Shown: in pieces, positions 40,761 through 49,628 of the stretch | Position numbering within the stretch: the stretch's first letter is position 1 | Layout: each line of letters opens with the position of its first letter | Notes under the pieces: model-generated | Seen by the model: only the letters and a program-made list of their open reading frames with translations | Databases searched by the model: none | What the model was told of the DNA's origin: nothing | Made by a program: the position numbers and the translations under genes | NCBI GenBank assembly: GCA_052390515.1 | Contig: JBQTGV010000058.1 | Coordinates: 27,924-91,923, forward strand | DNA length: 64,000 bases | Source of the DNA: Candidatus Eiseniibacteriota bacterium | Lineage (GTDB): Bacteria; ARS69 | Direction: 5' to 3'

Positions 40761-40994
40761 TCACGCCTTCTGCAGCTTCCGGATCGACCGCAGGACTTCT
40801 TCGTGGTCCTTGATGTGGCGGCCCGTCTCGTGCTTCGAGTACACCAGCTGTCCGTCGACCTCGACGTCGAAGACGCCGCCGTCGCTCGCGACTTGCTTGA
40901 CCCGGACTCCGAACTCCTTCTCGATCGCGGCCGCCAGACCGGCGGCTATCGGATCGTAGTTTCAGACTCGGCAGAACGTGATGACGACCTTCAC
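40761..40994 (-). CDS. Rdx (SelT/SelW/SelH) family selenoprotein, CxxU motif, 77 aa
   Basis: GGAGGAG RBS and GTG at 40994. Translates VKVVITFCRV-U-NYDPIAAGLAAAIEKEFG...GGVFDVEVDGQLVYSKHETGR with an in-frame TGA at 40962-40964. Confidence 0.88.
40930..40946 (-). promoter_or_regulatory. Bacterial SECIS element
   Basis: Hairpin GCCGCC-GGUCU-GGCGGC starting 15 nt 3' of the UGA. Confidence 0.75.
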
Positions 40995-41082
40995 GAACTC
41001 CTCCGCGTGCGAGGGCGCCGGCTCGACAGGGTTCACGGATTCTAGCACACCCCTGGCGGAGTCCACGCGGTATTCTCCCGCG

Positions 41083-42186
41083 GTGCGCTCACCGACTCCG
41101 TTCCACTTCATGCACTGGGCCAAGCAGCACGTCGGCGTCGCTCCGTATTGCCTCGGGCTGAGCGGCGTGCCCACCGTGCCGCTGTCCGAGGTTCCCGATG
41201 CGCCCGCGGTGACCGACGACGCGAACTACTACGGCCTGCGTCCGTTCCGAGAGGCGGTCGCCCGGGCGCACGGAGTCGGACCCGACTCGGTGCTGGTCGC
41301 CGAGGGCACGAGCCTCGCGAACTACACGGCGCTCACCGCCATGGCCGGACCGGGCGAGAGGATCCTCGTCGAGACGCCCACCTACCCTGTTCTGGCGGAG
41401 ATCCCCCGCTTCCACGGGGCGAAGGTCGAGCGCCTCGTCAGGCTGCCCGAGAACGGCTGGCTCCCCGACCTGGACGACGTCCGTCGGAGCGTCGGCGGCT
41501 CCGGCGGGCGGCTCGCCGCGGTCGTGCTGACGCGGCTGCACAACCCCAGCGGCACGGAGCTTCCCGGCGCGTTCCTGCAAGGGCTGGCGGGACTCGCCGA
41601 GCGCCACGACTTCCACGTCGTCCTGGACGAGGTGTACCTGGACTTCCTGGAGGACCCGCTCCCCGGGCATCGCTTCTCACGGCGCTTCGTTTCTACCGGG
41701 AGCCTCACCAAGGTCTACGGCTTCGGTCCGCTGCGCGCGGGGTGGATCGTCGGCGATCCGGAGACGTTGGCCCCGATCCGGGAGCTGTCCTTCTACCTCG
41801 CCGTGGACAGCCCCTGGTCCTCGCAGCTCGCGGGGGCGAAGATCCTCGACTCGCGGGACGCGTTGCGCGCGCGCGCGCGGGCGCTCTCCGCGCGCGGCCT
41901 GCGCGTCCTGGACGAGTGGGTGCGGACGCGCCCCGACGTACAGTGGGCGCGCCCCGACGGCGGCATCGTCGCGCTGGTCCGTCTGGAAGGCGTCGAGGAC
42001 ACCGCTGGTTTCGCCGCGCGGCTCTTCCGCGAGCGTGGCGTCACCGTCGCTCCGGGCGAGTTCTTCGACCACCCCGGCTGGGTGCGCATCGGCGTCAGCG
42101 GCGCCGAGGAGACGATCCGCGGAGCGCTGCATCGCCTGGGCGAAGCGCTCGACGAGCACGCCGCGCAACGTGCCGCTCCGGGCTGA
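41083..42186 (+). CDS. PLP-dependent aminotransferase class I/II
   Basis: HNPSG, DEVY and SLTKVYG...LRAGW motifs. Confidence 0.9.
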   Translation: MRSPTPFHFMHWAKQHVGVAPYCLGLSGVPTVPLSEVPDAPAVTDDANYYGLRPFREAVARAHGVGPDSVLVAEGTSLANYTALTAMAGPGERILVETPTYPVLAEIPRFHGAKVERLVRLPENGWLPDLDDVRRSVGGSGGRLAAVVLTRLHNPSGTELPGAFLQGLAGLAERHDFHVVLDEVYLDFLEDPLPGHRFSRRFVSTGSLTKVYGFGPLRAGWIVGDPETLAPIRELSFYLAVDSPWSSQLAGAKILDSRDALRARARALSARGLRVLDEWVRTRPDVQWARPDGGIVALVRLEGVEDTAGFAARLFRERGVTVAPGEFFDHPGWVRIGVSGAEETIRGALHRLGEALDEHAAQRAAPG

Positions 42187-42191
42187 ACGCG

Positions 42192-42992
42192 TCATTCGCC
42201 GCGGAAGTCGGGAGCCCTTCGCTCCAGGAACGCGCGCACTCCCTCCTCGAAGGCGCGGGAGGCGCCGAGCTCGGCGATCACCCGGCGTTGCTCGTCGAGG
42301 TACTCCGCGAGCGGCTGGTCCCAGCCCTCCGAGAGGCGATGCTTCGCGTGGCGGTACGCCTTCGTGGGGCCCTGCGCGATCTCCTTGGCCAGCCCCAGGG
42401 CGACCTCGCGGAAGTTCGTGGTCGGCAGGATCCGCGTGACGATGCCCCACTGCTCCGCGTTCTTCGCGTCCAGCACTCGCCGGGTCAAGTAGAGGTCCAG
42501 CGCCCGCTTGCGGCCGACCACGCGCGGCAGGATGTACCAGCCGCCGCCGTCGGGAATCTGCGCGACCTGCCCGTGCGCCATGGAGAACGTCGCGCGCTCG
42601 GAGGCGACGACCAGGTCGCAGCTGAGCGCCAGCCCGAAGCCGAACCCCGCCGCCACCCCGTTGACCGCCGCGATGGTCGGCACCTTCGCCCCGAGGAGCG
42701 ACAGCGAGATGCGGTGCAGGTTCTCGGTGAGCTGCAGGAAGAACTGCCTCGGGTCCTCCTCGAGGGCCGCGGCCATGGCGCGGATGTCGCCGCCGGAACA
42801 GAAGGCGCGCCCCGTCCCGGTGAGCAGGATGCAGCGCACGCTCCCGTCCGCGGGCAGCTCGGCGAGGAGGTCGGACAGCGCGCGGGCCATCTCCGGGCTC
42901 ATCGCGTTCATGGCTTCCGGACGGTTCAGCGTGACGACGGCGACGCCTTCCAGGATCTCGGAGCGGACGACGTCGCGGGTCTCGCTGGTCAA
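42192..42992 (-). CDS. Enoyl-CoA hydratase/isomerase family protein
   Basis: TLNRPEAMNA, FCSGGD, AAVNG.AAG.G and EGV.AFLE.R.P.F motifs. Confidence 0.92.
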   Translation of the reverse strand: MTSETRDVVRSEILEGVAVVTLNRPEAMNAMSPEMARALSDLLAELPADGSVRCILLTGTGRAFCSGGDIRAMAAALEEDPRQFFLQLTENLHRISLSLLGAKVPTIAAVNGVAAGFGFGLALSCDLVVASERATFSMAHGQVAQIPDGGGWYILPRVVGRKRALDLYLTRRVLDAKNAEQWGIVTRILPTTNFREVALGLAKEIAQGPTKAYRHAKHRLSEGWDQPLAEYLDEQRRVIAELGASRAFEEGVRAFLERRAPDFRGE

Positions 42993-43125
42993 GGCGACCT
43001 CCGGTGGTTCCCGGCCATCGCCGGGAGGACGAGCGGTGTGGTCGTGGGGTCCGTGCGGACCGAGTCCGCAGGGTCCTGCGGGGAATCTAGCCCCTGCGGG
43101 ACGGCACCGCGACCCGAAACCCGCC

Positions 43126-43152
43126 GGTAACCCGGGGGATTGGTCTCTCGTA
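43126..43152 (+). promoter_or_regulatory. Possible ECF-type promoter
   Basis: GGTAAC-N17-CGTA about 40 bp before the GTG at 43193. Confidence 0.3.
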
Positions 43153-43192
43153 CGGGAGGGCGTACCCTGGAGTCCGTAAGGAGGGAATCCCC

Positions 43193-43507
43193 GTGGAGAT
43201 TCTCGCCGGTCTCTTCGCCCTGGCCGTCCTCGTCGGGCTCGTCCTGGTGGCGGGAGGCATCTTGAAGCTGATGTTCTCCCTGCTGATCTGGCCGTTCCAG
43301 GCCCTGTTCTGGCTGCTCGGCGCGATGCTATCGGTGGGCGGGTTCCTGCTGGTGCTCTTCCTGCTCCTCCCGTTGCTGCTGCTCGCGCTGCCGCTCATCC
43401 TGGGCCTCGGCATCCCCCTGCTGATCGGCGCACTGATCCTGCTGCCGGTCGTGCTCTTCGTCGTGGTGGCGTTCGCGCTGGCGGCCGCGGTCTTCGGGAG
43501 CTGCTAG
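43193..43507 (+). CDS. Small, highly hydrophobic membrane protein
   Basis: TAAGGAGG RBS; almost entirely hydrophobic 104-aa sequence. Confidence 0.75.
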   Translation: MEILAGLFALAVLVGLVLVAGGILKLMFSLLIWPFQALFWLLGAMLSVGGFLLVLFLLLPLLLLALPLILGLGIPLLIGALILLPVVLFVVVAFALAAAVFGSC

Positions 43508-43666
43508 CGTTCCGTCTCGAAGACCTGACCGGATGGCCGAGCGTCGTAGCCGCCGTGTCTGGAGCCACGGACGGCGGAGGCCGGCGGCCACGAAGCGAGC
43601 GAGGCACGGATGCCGAGCGAGCGTGAGCGAGGCGATCCGGTCACTTCGTTCGAGACGGAACGCTAG
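43504..43666. repeat. 163-bp palindromic repeat (MITE/REP-like), copy 1
   Basis: Terminal inverted repeat CTAGCGTTCCGTCTCGAA...TTCGAGACGGAACGCTAG; homologous to 58115-58277. Confidence 0.8.
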
Positions 43667-44669
43667 CGCGGACCAACCGGAGTCCCTCCCCCGCCGGTTC
43701 GGCGACGAGGGAAGTGAGGCTGCCGTCCGTTTCGACGACGGTGTTCGGCGGCGGGACGGCCCTCGAGGCGGCACGCACCGGAGCGAACGTCCGACCCCGA
43801 TCGCCCGAAACCCGCTCGACTTCCTGCACGACCTCGCCGACTCCCTCGGTCCACTGGACGAGAAGCGAATCCCCGGCGACGGCGATCCGCACGCCGTGGC
43901 TTCCGGTCGCACCGGCGGCGCCGCCGTCGAGGCGCACCTCCGGTGCCTCCCACGAGGCGCCGGCGTCCCGGCTGCGACGCAGGTACACGTCGGCGAGCCC
44001 GTCGCGCTCGTCCCACCAGATCACCGCCAGCGCGCCGTCGGCCCAGCCGGCGATCTGCGGATGGAAGGACGCCGCGACCCCGGCGCTGTCCGAGTCGACG
44101 CGGCGGTCGGCTTCCCACAGGGCGCCGCCGTCGACTGAGCGCGTGAATCGGATGTCCCGCTCCCCGTTGCGCTGGTCCTCCCACGCCAGGAACACGGTTC
44201 CGCCGCTCGCGGCGAGCGAGATCATCGACGAGGTGGCCGCGCCCGGAGCATCGCTCTCTGGGCGAACGTCCCGCTCGAGCCACGTCCGGCCGCCGTCGAG
44301 GGAGCGGTTCAAGTAGACGTCGTCGCGGCCGTTGCGGGCGTCTTGCCACGCCGCCACCACCAGGCCCTGGGGCCCCGCGGCGAGTCTCGGCTCCAGGGAC
44401 CGTGCCGCGCCGGCTGGGTCCGTATCCAGCCGGGTGGGTGGGCTCGACCATTCGCCGCCGGGCCCGGGCAACCTTCGGCTGAAGAGGACGTCGTGCCGGC
44501 GCCCGGCGGACCGGCTCTCCCACGCCGCGAGGTAGCCCCCGTCCGCGGCGCGGATCAGCACCGGGGCCGAAGCGGTCCCCTCGACCCCGCGGGCCGGACT
44601 CTCCTCGACCGGGGACGCAGGGCGCGTGCCGACCGCCAGCAGGGCACAGAGCCCGAGAACAGGCCACAT
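43641..44669 (-). CDS. Exported BNR/Asp-box (sialidase-like) repeat protein
   Basis: Repeats 'AW.D.RNG..D.Y..RS.DGG.TW'; signal peptide from the ATG at 44669. Confidence 0.8.
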   Translation of the reverse strand: MWPVLGLCALLAVGTRPASPVEESPARGVEGTASAPVLIRAADGGYLAAWESRSAGRRHDVLFSRRLPGPGGEWSSPPTRLDTDPAGAARSLEPRLAAGPQGLVVAAWQDARNGRDDVYLNRSLDGGRTWLERDVRPESDAPGAATSSMISLAASGGTVFLAWEDQRNGERDIRFTRSVDGGALWEADRRVDSDSAGVAASFHPQIAGWADGALAVIWWDERDGLADVYLRRSRDAGASWEAPEVRLDGGAAGATGSHGVRIAVAGDSLLVQWTEGVGEVVQEVERVSGDRGRTFAPVRAASRAVPPPNTVVETDGSLTSLVAEPAGEGLRLVRASVPSRTK

Positions 44670-44778
44670 CGCCGGGAGTCTAGGCGGAGGGTGGAAACCT
44701 TTCCCGGGAAAACGGGTATGAGGGGCGAGCCAACCGCTGGCGCGGACGCCCCGAAGCAAACTGGCGAAAGGAAGCGCG

Positions 44779-45798
44779 ATGACCCCCCGCAAGATCCTGC
44801 TGATCGCCTGCTTGGCGGCCATGTCGACGACGCCCGTCGCCGCCCAGGCGCACGATGACGACGAACCCGTTCGCGGCGAGTCGGAGGCGGGCACCGGATG
44901 GCTCGGCATCCGGCCGCAGCGCATCGAAGGCGGCCTCGCCGAGGCGCTGAACCTGGAGAGCGACTCCGGTGTCCTCGTCGGTCAGGTCGTCGAGGACAGC
45001 CCGGCGGAGAAGGCCGGACTCCGCGCCGGCGACATCGTCCTGTCGGTGGACAGGAAGGAAGTGGGCACCCCGTCGGAGCTGGTGGATGCGGTCCGCGACC
45101 GCGAGGCCGGCGAGAGCGTGTCCGTCTCGATCCTCCGCGACGGCAAGACCCGCGAGATCGACGTGAAGCTCGGCGAAGCCCCGACGTTCGGCGAACGGCT
45201 CGAGGACGGTTCCCGCGCCGGTCTCCATGACCTGCGCCGCCGCCTGGACCGAGTGAGGGATCTCCGGGTCCCCGGCAAGCACGGGTTCCTGGGAGTGGTG
45301 ACTCAGCCGGTCGACGGCGGCTTGGCGGAGTACTTCGGCGCGGCGGAAGGCGGTGCGCTCGTCTCCGAGGTCGTCGAGGACAGCCCCGCGGAGAAGCTTG
45401 GTCTGCGCGCCGGCGACGTGATCGTCGAGGTGGCCGGCGAAGAGGTGACGGACCCCGGCGATCTGCGCCGCGCCGTGGCGAAGCACGAGGACGGGGAGGA
45501 CGAGGTGGAAGTGGCCTGGATCCGCGCCAAACAGCGCCAGAGCGGGCGCGTCGCCCTCGAGATGCGTGAGGGCCCGCGGTTCTTCTCCTGGACGGAGGAC
45601 GGCGGCGGACCGGTGTGGGAGCACGCGGTCCCACCGGATCCGGAGGCGCTCGACGACTTGCGCCGGCACGCGGGTGACGCGCGTGTCCGCGTGGAGCGGT
45701 TCTACGACGAGTCGGAGATGGACGACATGCTCCGGCAGCTGCGCAAGGAGCTCGACGAGCTCCGCGAGGAAGTCGAGGAGCTGAAGAGCAGCAACTGA
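44779..45798 (+). CDS. Exported tandem-PDZ protein
   Basis: Signal peptide; two 'G(W/F)LG...V..DSPAEK.GLRAGD.I' PDZ domains; coiled-coil tail; no protease domain. Confidence 0.88.
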   Translation: MTPRKILLIACLAAMSTTPVAAQAHDDDEPVRGESEAGTGWLGIRPQRIEGGLAEALNLESDSGVLVGQVVEDSPAEKAGLRAGDIVLSVDRKEVGTPSELVDAVRDREAGESVSVSILRDGKTREIDVKLGEAPTFGERLEDGSRAGLHDLRRRLDRVRDLRVPGKHGFLGVVTQPVDGGLAEYFGAAEGGALVSEVVEDSPAEKLGLRAGDVIVEVAGEEVTDPGDLRRAVAKHEDGEDEVEVAWIRAKQRQSGRVALEMREGPRFFSWTEDGGGPVWEHAVPPDPEALDDLRRHAGDARVRVERFYDESEMDDMLRQLRKELDELREEVEELKSSN

Positions 45799-45852
45799 CC
45801 CGACACGATGGGACGGCGGCGCACCGGATCACCCCCCCGGTCGCGCCACGTG

Positions 45853-45880
45853 AGGCCCTCCGGCTCCGCCGGGGGGCCTT
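45853..45880. terminator. Probable terminator between convergent genes
   Basis: Stem AGGCCCTCCGG/CCGGGGGGCCT followed by TT. Confidence 0.55.
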
Positions 45881-46699
45881 TCAGTTCGTGGCGGCTTTGG
45901 GCCGGGGCATCGCCTTGACCTTCGCCTGCACCGTGTGGAACGAGGGCGAGTCCTTCCTCAGGGATCGCGGCGGCAGCGCCGCAACCTGGCTGCGCACGGA
46001 CGAGGCACGCGCGCCCGGGTCGGGATGCGTGGAGAAGAACTTCTCCAGCGTGCCGCCGCCCGCTCCGCCTCGCATGGCCTCGAGCTTGTCGAAGAAGGTG
46101 GCCAGGCCGTTCGGGTCCAGCCCCGCGTCGTACAGCTCCTGCACGCCGTAGGTGTCCGCCTCGGATTCCATCTCCCGGCTGTACCTCGTGATCGCCCCGG
46201 TGGCGACGATCTGCGCGGTGAGCTGCGCGACCATGTTGGGGTTCTGACCCAGGGCGATGCTCGCCAGCATGGACAGGCCCATCTGCTGGGAGAGCTGGCG
46301 CGCGGAGTGCCGGCCGACGACGTGCCCGATCTCGTGCCCCAGGACGCCGGCCAGCTCGCTCTCGTTCTCCGCGGCCTCGATGAGCCCGCGGTTCACGTAC
46401 AGGTAGCCGCCGGGCACGGCGAACGCGTTGACCTCGTCGGTGTCCACCACGCGGAACGTGTACGGGATGTTGCTCCGCTGGGAGACCGCGGCGATCTTCT
46501 GGCCGAGGCTGTCGATGTACCCGACGACACTCTTGTCGTTGATGAAGGTGAGCTCCTTCTCGAGCTCCGCGGCGAACTGGGCGCCCATCTCGAGCTCCTG
46601 CTGCTCGCTCACGATGTTGAGCTGGCTCACCGCCGCGCATCCGGCCAGCAGGACACCGGCGGCGAGCGGGGCGAGGTGGTGGCGGGTCGCGACGGCCAT
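45881..46699 (-). CDS. M48 family metallopeptidase lipoprotein
   Basis: Lipobox LAGC; NAFAVPGG, HEIGH, E.EAD and STHP motifs. Confidence 0.92.
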   Translation of the reverse strand: MAVATRHHLAPLAAGVLLAGCAAVSQLNIVSEQQELEMGAQFAAELEKELTFINDKSVVGYIDSLGQKIAAVSQRSNIPYTFRVVDTDEVNAFAVPGGYLYVNRGLIEAAENESELAGVLGHEIGHVVGRHSARQLSQQMGLSMLASIALGQNPNMVAQLTAQIVATGAITRYSREMESEADTYGVQELYDAGLDPNGLATFFDKLEAMRGGAGGGTLEKFFSTHPDPGARASSVRSQVAALPPRSLRKDSPSFHTVQAKVKAMPRPKAATN

Positions 46700-46779
46700 G
46701 GCTTCCTCCGGTGCTGGCGGGGGCGGAGGAAGAGGAAAGCCGCGGCGCACGGAAACGTCAAGGGGGGACGGCCCGGTTC

Positions 46780-48036
46780 CTAGAAGCGGTACTCGACTCC
46801 GCCGGAGACGATCTTCGTGTCGGTGTCGTGCTCGTTCGCTCGGTGATCCTCGGGCTGCCAATTGGCGAAGAGGTTCACGGCGACGTTGCCGGCGATCTCC
46901 GCAGAGACGAGGACGGTGAGGCGGTTGTAGAGGTAATCGGAGAACGCGGCGGTGTCCGCCGTGTCCCCGCCCTCCGTCCCCACGTCGTAGTCGCGCCGCC
47001 CGATCTCGTCGGTCACGCTGAGCCACGCTCCCGAACCGATGCGCCAGTCCATCCCGGCCTCGAGCCCGGTTTCCGTGTACTGCTCGTCGTGCGCATCCGG
47101 ACTGGAGAGGAACGCGTACACCGGCATGATCGAGAAGTCCTGTTCCGGCGTGCGGTGGGCCTCCACCTGGAAACCGGTCCGGGTCCAATCCCGGTCGAAG
47201 TCCAGCTCGTCGGGCTCGTCGAAGCGCACGATCTCGTTCTCGTGCACCACGCGAAACGTCATCCGCTCGCCGGAGCCGAACTCGAAGCGGAAGTCGTTGC
47301 GCCCCTCCCAGGAGCTTTCGCGCGTGCTGGACGCGTCGTACAGCCGCCGGTCGACCTGCGAGGTGACGTCCAGCGACGCGGACCCGCCCAGCAGGAGGCT
47401 CGCGGCAGCATCTACGGTGTGCCTCCGGTAGTCGAGCGCGGCCGAGTCGGGAACGCTGCGCCAGCCCGGACGGTAGCCGAGGCGGAGCTCGTTCAAGTCC
47501 CCGAAGGCGAAGCGGACGTCGGTCCCGGGCCGGTGCAGCGTCATGTTCAGGTTGTACTCGTCGGGCTCGTCATGGCGGGCGAGGTCCACCGTCTCGCGCA
47601 ATCGAACACGCACGCGCGATCCGATCCGGCGCTCCCAGCCGACTTCCACGAACTCCTCGAGCGCATCGCCGGCGATGGAGTAATCGCCCCCCTCGTCGAA
47701 CGCGCGCAGGACGCCGCGGTGGACCACCTCGAACGCGTTCGCACCGCGCTGCAGGCGCCCTTCGAAGTCGAGCCGCGCGCGGCGCGACTCCCGTCCCACG
47801 TGAACGTCGGCATCGAGGCGGAACCGGCTGGCGTCCCAGGGAGTCTTCACGGTGAGGCCCACGAGCGTGCCGTAGTCGTCGATCGTGGCGACCGTGTCCT
47901 GGTCCTCGCTCAGACGATAGGTCTCGCCGAAGTGCTCGAAGTCGAAGCCGACGCGCGGGACGACGTCGACCGCCGCGCCCGCCGTACGCGCCAGGGTCAA
48001 CAGCGCGACGATGACGCCGGCCCGCGCCACGTTCAC
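46780..48036 (-). CDS. Outer-membrane beta-barrel protein
   Basis: Signal peptide, amphipathic strands and a C-terminal GVEYRF. GTG overlaps the upstream stop. Confidence 0.75.
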   Translation of the reverse strand: MNVARAGVIVALLTLARTAGAAVDVVPRVGFDFEHFGETYRLSEDQDTVATIDDYGTLVGLTVKTPWDASRFRLDADVHVGRESRRARLDFEGRLQRGANAFEVVHRGVLRAFDEGGDYSIAGDALEEFVEVGWERRIGSRVRVRLRETVDLARHDEPDEYNLNMTLHRPGTDVRFAFGDLNELRLGYRPGWRSVPDSAALDYRRHTVDAAASLLLGGSASLDVTSQVDRRLYDASSTRESSWEGRNDFRFEFGSGERMTFRVVHENEIVRFDEPDELDFDRDWTRTGFQVEAHRTPEQDFSIMPVYAFLSSPDAHDEQYTETGLEAGMDWRIGSGAWLSVTDEIGRRDYDVGTEGGDTADTAAFSDYLYNRLTVLVSAEIAGNVAVNLFANWQPEDHRANEHDTDTKIVSGGVEYRF

Positions 48037-48401
48037 TCCGCGGGCGCGCCGAGCAGGGCCACCGCTTCTTCGAGCAGCACGACGGCTACCGCGAATTCGC
48101 CCTCCTGCAGCAGCTCTTCCGCCACTTCGGCGAGGGCTTCGGCCTCGAGACAACGGACCTCGCCTCCACCGCTTTCGGGGCAGGCGTCGAGCCGCGCAGC
48201 GGCGAGCACTGCCTCGAGCGCCGAGAAGCGATGCTCCAGCGCGGTGCGGGCAGCGTCCACCCCGCCGGCAGGGCCGGCCACGTCGGCCCCGAGCGAGTCG
48301 GACGACGCAGGCTCCACGCCGTCCCTTGCGGAAGCGCCCGTCGGGGCAGCGGAGAGCGCCACCACCGCGACCGCCCCCGCGACGAGCGAAAGCGGCCTCA
48401 C
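48033..48401 (-). CDS. Small exported helical protein
   Basis: Signal peptide and two Cys; start and stop overlap both neighbours. Confidence 0.65.
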   Translation of the reverse strand: MRPLSLVAGAVAVVALSAAPTGASARDGVEPASSDSLGADVAGPAGGVDAARTALEHRFSALEAVLAAARLDACPESGGGEVRCLEAEALAEVAEELLQEGEFAVAVVLLEEAVALLGAPAE

Positions 48402-49444
48402 TCCCCGCTCCCGCCCTCGACAAGCTGCATCGCCCGCTTGGCCAGGCTTCGGGCGACGCGCGTCTCCGCCAGCGCCGCGCGCATCTGCTCCTCGCCGGCC
48501 GCCGTCTCGGCGCGCCGCTGGTGATCGCGGGCCCTCTCCAGCAGCTCGGCGGCGCGCTCGTCGCCCGACTCGGAGACGATGTCCGCCGCGCGTTGCAGGT
48601 AGTTTTGCGTCTCCACAAGGGCCTCGGCCACGCTCTCCGCGTCGACGCCTCCCTGCACCTGGTCGAGAGCGCGGTTCGCCAGGTCACGGGCCTGGCGCGT
48701 CGCGGCCAGGGCGACGATCGGGCGCCCCGCGCCATACGATTCGCGGGCGCTCCGCTGGAGCTCGCGGGCCTGTTGCAGCAGGCCGAGCGATGGCTCGTCC
48801 CCGGACTGGTCCAGGAAGTCGCTCACGCGCTCGATCAGCTGATCGGTGCGCTCGAGCTCGCGGGAGACGATCTCCGCGTCCGCCGCCACGCCGCCTCGCA
48901 GGGCCTGCCGAGTCAGCCACTGCGCGGAGACAGCGAGGCGGATGGCCACCTCGAAGTGCCCCTCCTGGATCTGCGCGCGCGCCCGCTCGACCTGCGCGCG
49001 TGCTTCCTCCAGCAGTCGCTGGGCGTGCTCGCTCGGCGGTCCGTCGAGCGAGTCCCGTGCCCGCTCGAGCTCGCCGGCGGCCTTCTCCAGCTCGCGCTCG
49101 GCCCTCTGCTCGAAGGAGAAGTCCTCCCGCGCGAACGAGACGGCGCGCGCGGCGAGCAAGCGCGCTTCCCGCGTCAGCGCGCCGGCCGCTATCAGACGGT
49201 CGCCGCGGAACTGACCCCACGCGTCGTCCTGCAGTGCCGTGGCCCGCTCCAGCACCTCGCGCGCGCGCGGCGAGCGGCTGTCCAGCACGACCTCGCGGGC
49301 GCGGAGCAGCGCTTCGTCGGTCAGGCGAAGCTGCTCCTCGACGCGGTCGCCGCCGAGTTGCGCGGCGGACGGCAGCGGCAGGAGAAGCGAGAGCGCGGCT
49401 CCCACCGCGATCAGGCCGGCCAGACGTCCTGACGGTGCTCGCAT
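48398..49444 (-). CDS. Exported helical-repeat protein
   Basis: Signal peptide from the ATG at 49444; four repeats of 'LL..A...Q..A......G....A...TR.AR.LA.RA'. Confidence 0.75.
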   Translation of the reverse strand: MRAPSGRLAGLIAVGAALSLLLPLPSAAQLGGDRVEEQLRLTDEALLRAREVVLDSRSPRAREVLERATALQDDAWGQFRGDRLIAAGALTREARLLAARAVSFAREDFSFEQRAERELEKAAGELERARDSLDGPPSEHAQRLLEEARAQVERARAQIQEGHFEVAIRLAVSAQWLTRQALRGGVAADAEIVSRELERTDQLIERVSDFLDQSGDEPSLGLLQQARELQRSARESYGAGRPIVALAATRQARDLANRALDQVQGGVDAESVAEALVETQNYLQRAADIVSESGDERAAELLERARDHQRRAETAAGEEQMRAALAETRVARSLAKRAMQLVEGGSGE

Positions 49445-49477
49445 GGTCACGGTTCCTCCGGGGGTCCACTCCCCGAG

Positions 49478-49493
49478 TGCAGCCGGCGTGCCA
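49478..49493 (-). promoter_or_regulatory. Sigma54 (-24/-12) promoter
   Basis: TGGCACG-CCGG-CTGCA, ending 34 bp upstream of the ATG at 49444. Confidence 0.75.
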
Positions 49494-49583
49494 CCTGCGC
49501 CGGCGGTGCGGCATCCGCAACTCCACCACCGACAACGGGTTGCCCGGTGGCCGGAGCTTGCCGATCGTGACGGCACGCAGATC

Positions 49584-49599
49584 TGTCCCTCCCGGGACA
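49584..49599. promoter_or_regulatory. Candidate enhancer (UAS) for the bEBP
   Basis: Palindrome TGTCC-N6-GGACA (TGT-N10-ACA) about 90 bp upstream of the -24 box. Confidence 0.45.
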
Positions 49600-49628
49600 C
49601 CTTTGACCGGCCGCGAGCAGGCGGTCTC

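Noticed and set aside
44693-44718. GGAAAC-N16-GGTA as an ECF promoter for the PDZ gene
   Set aside because: The -10 element deviates from CGT; too weak to call.
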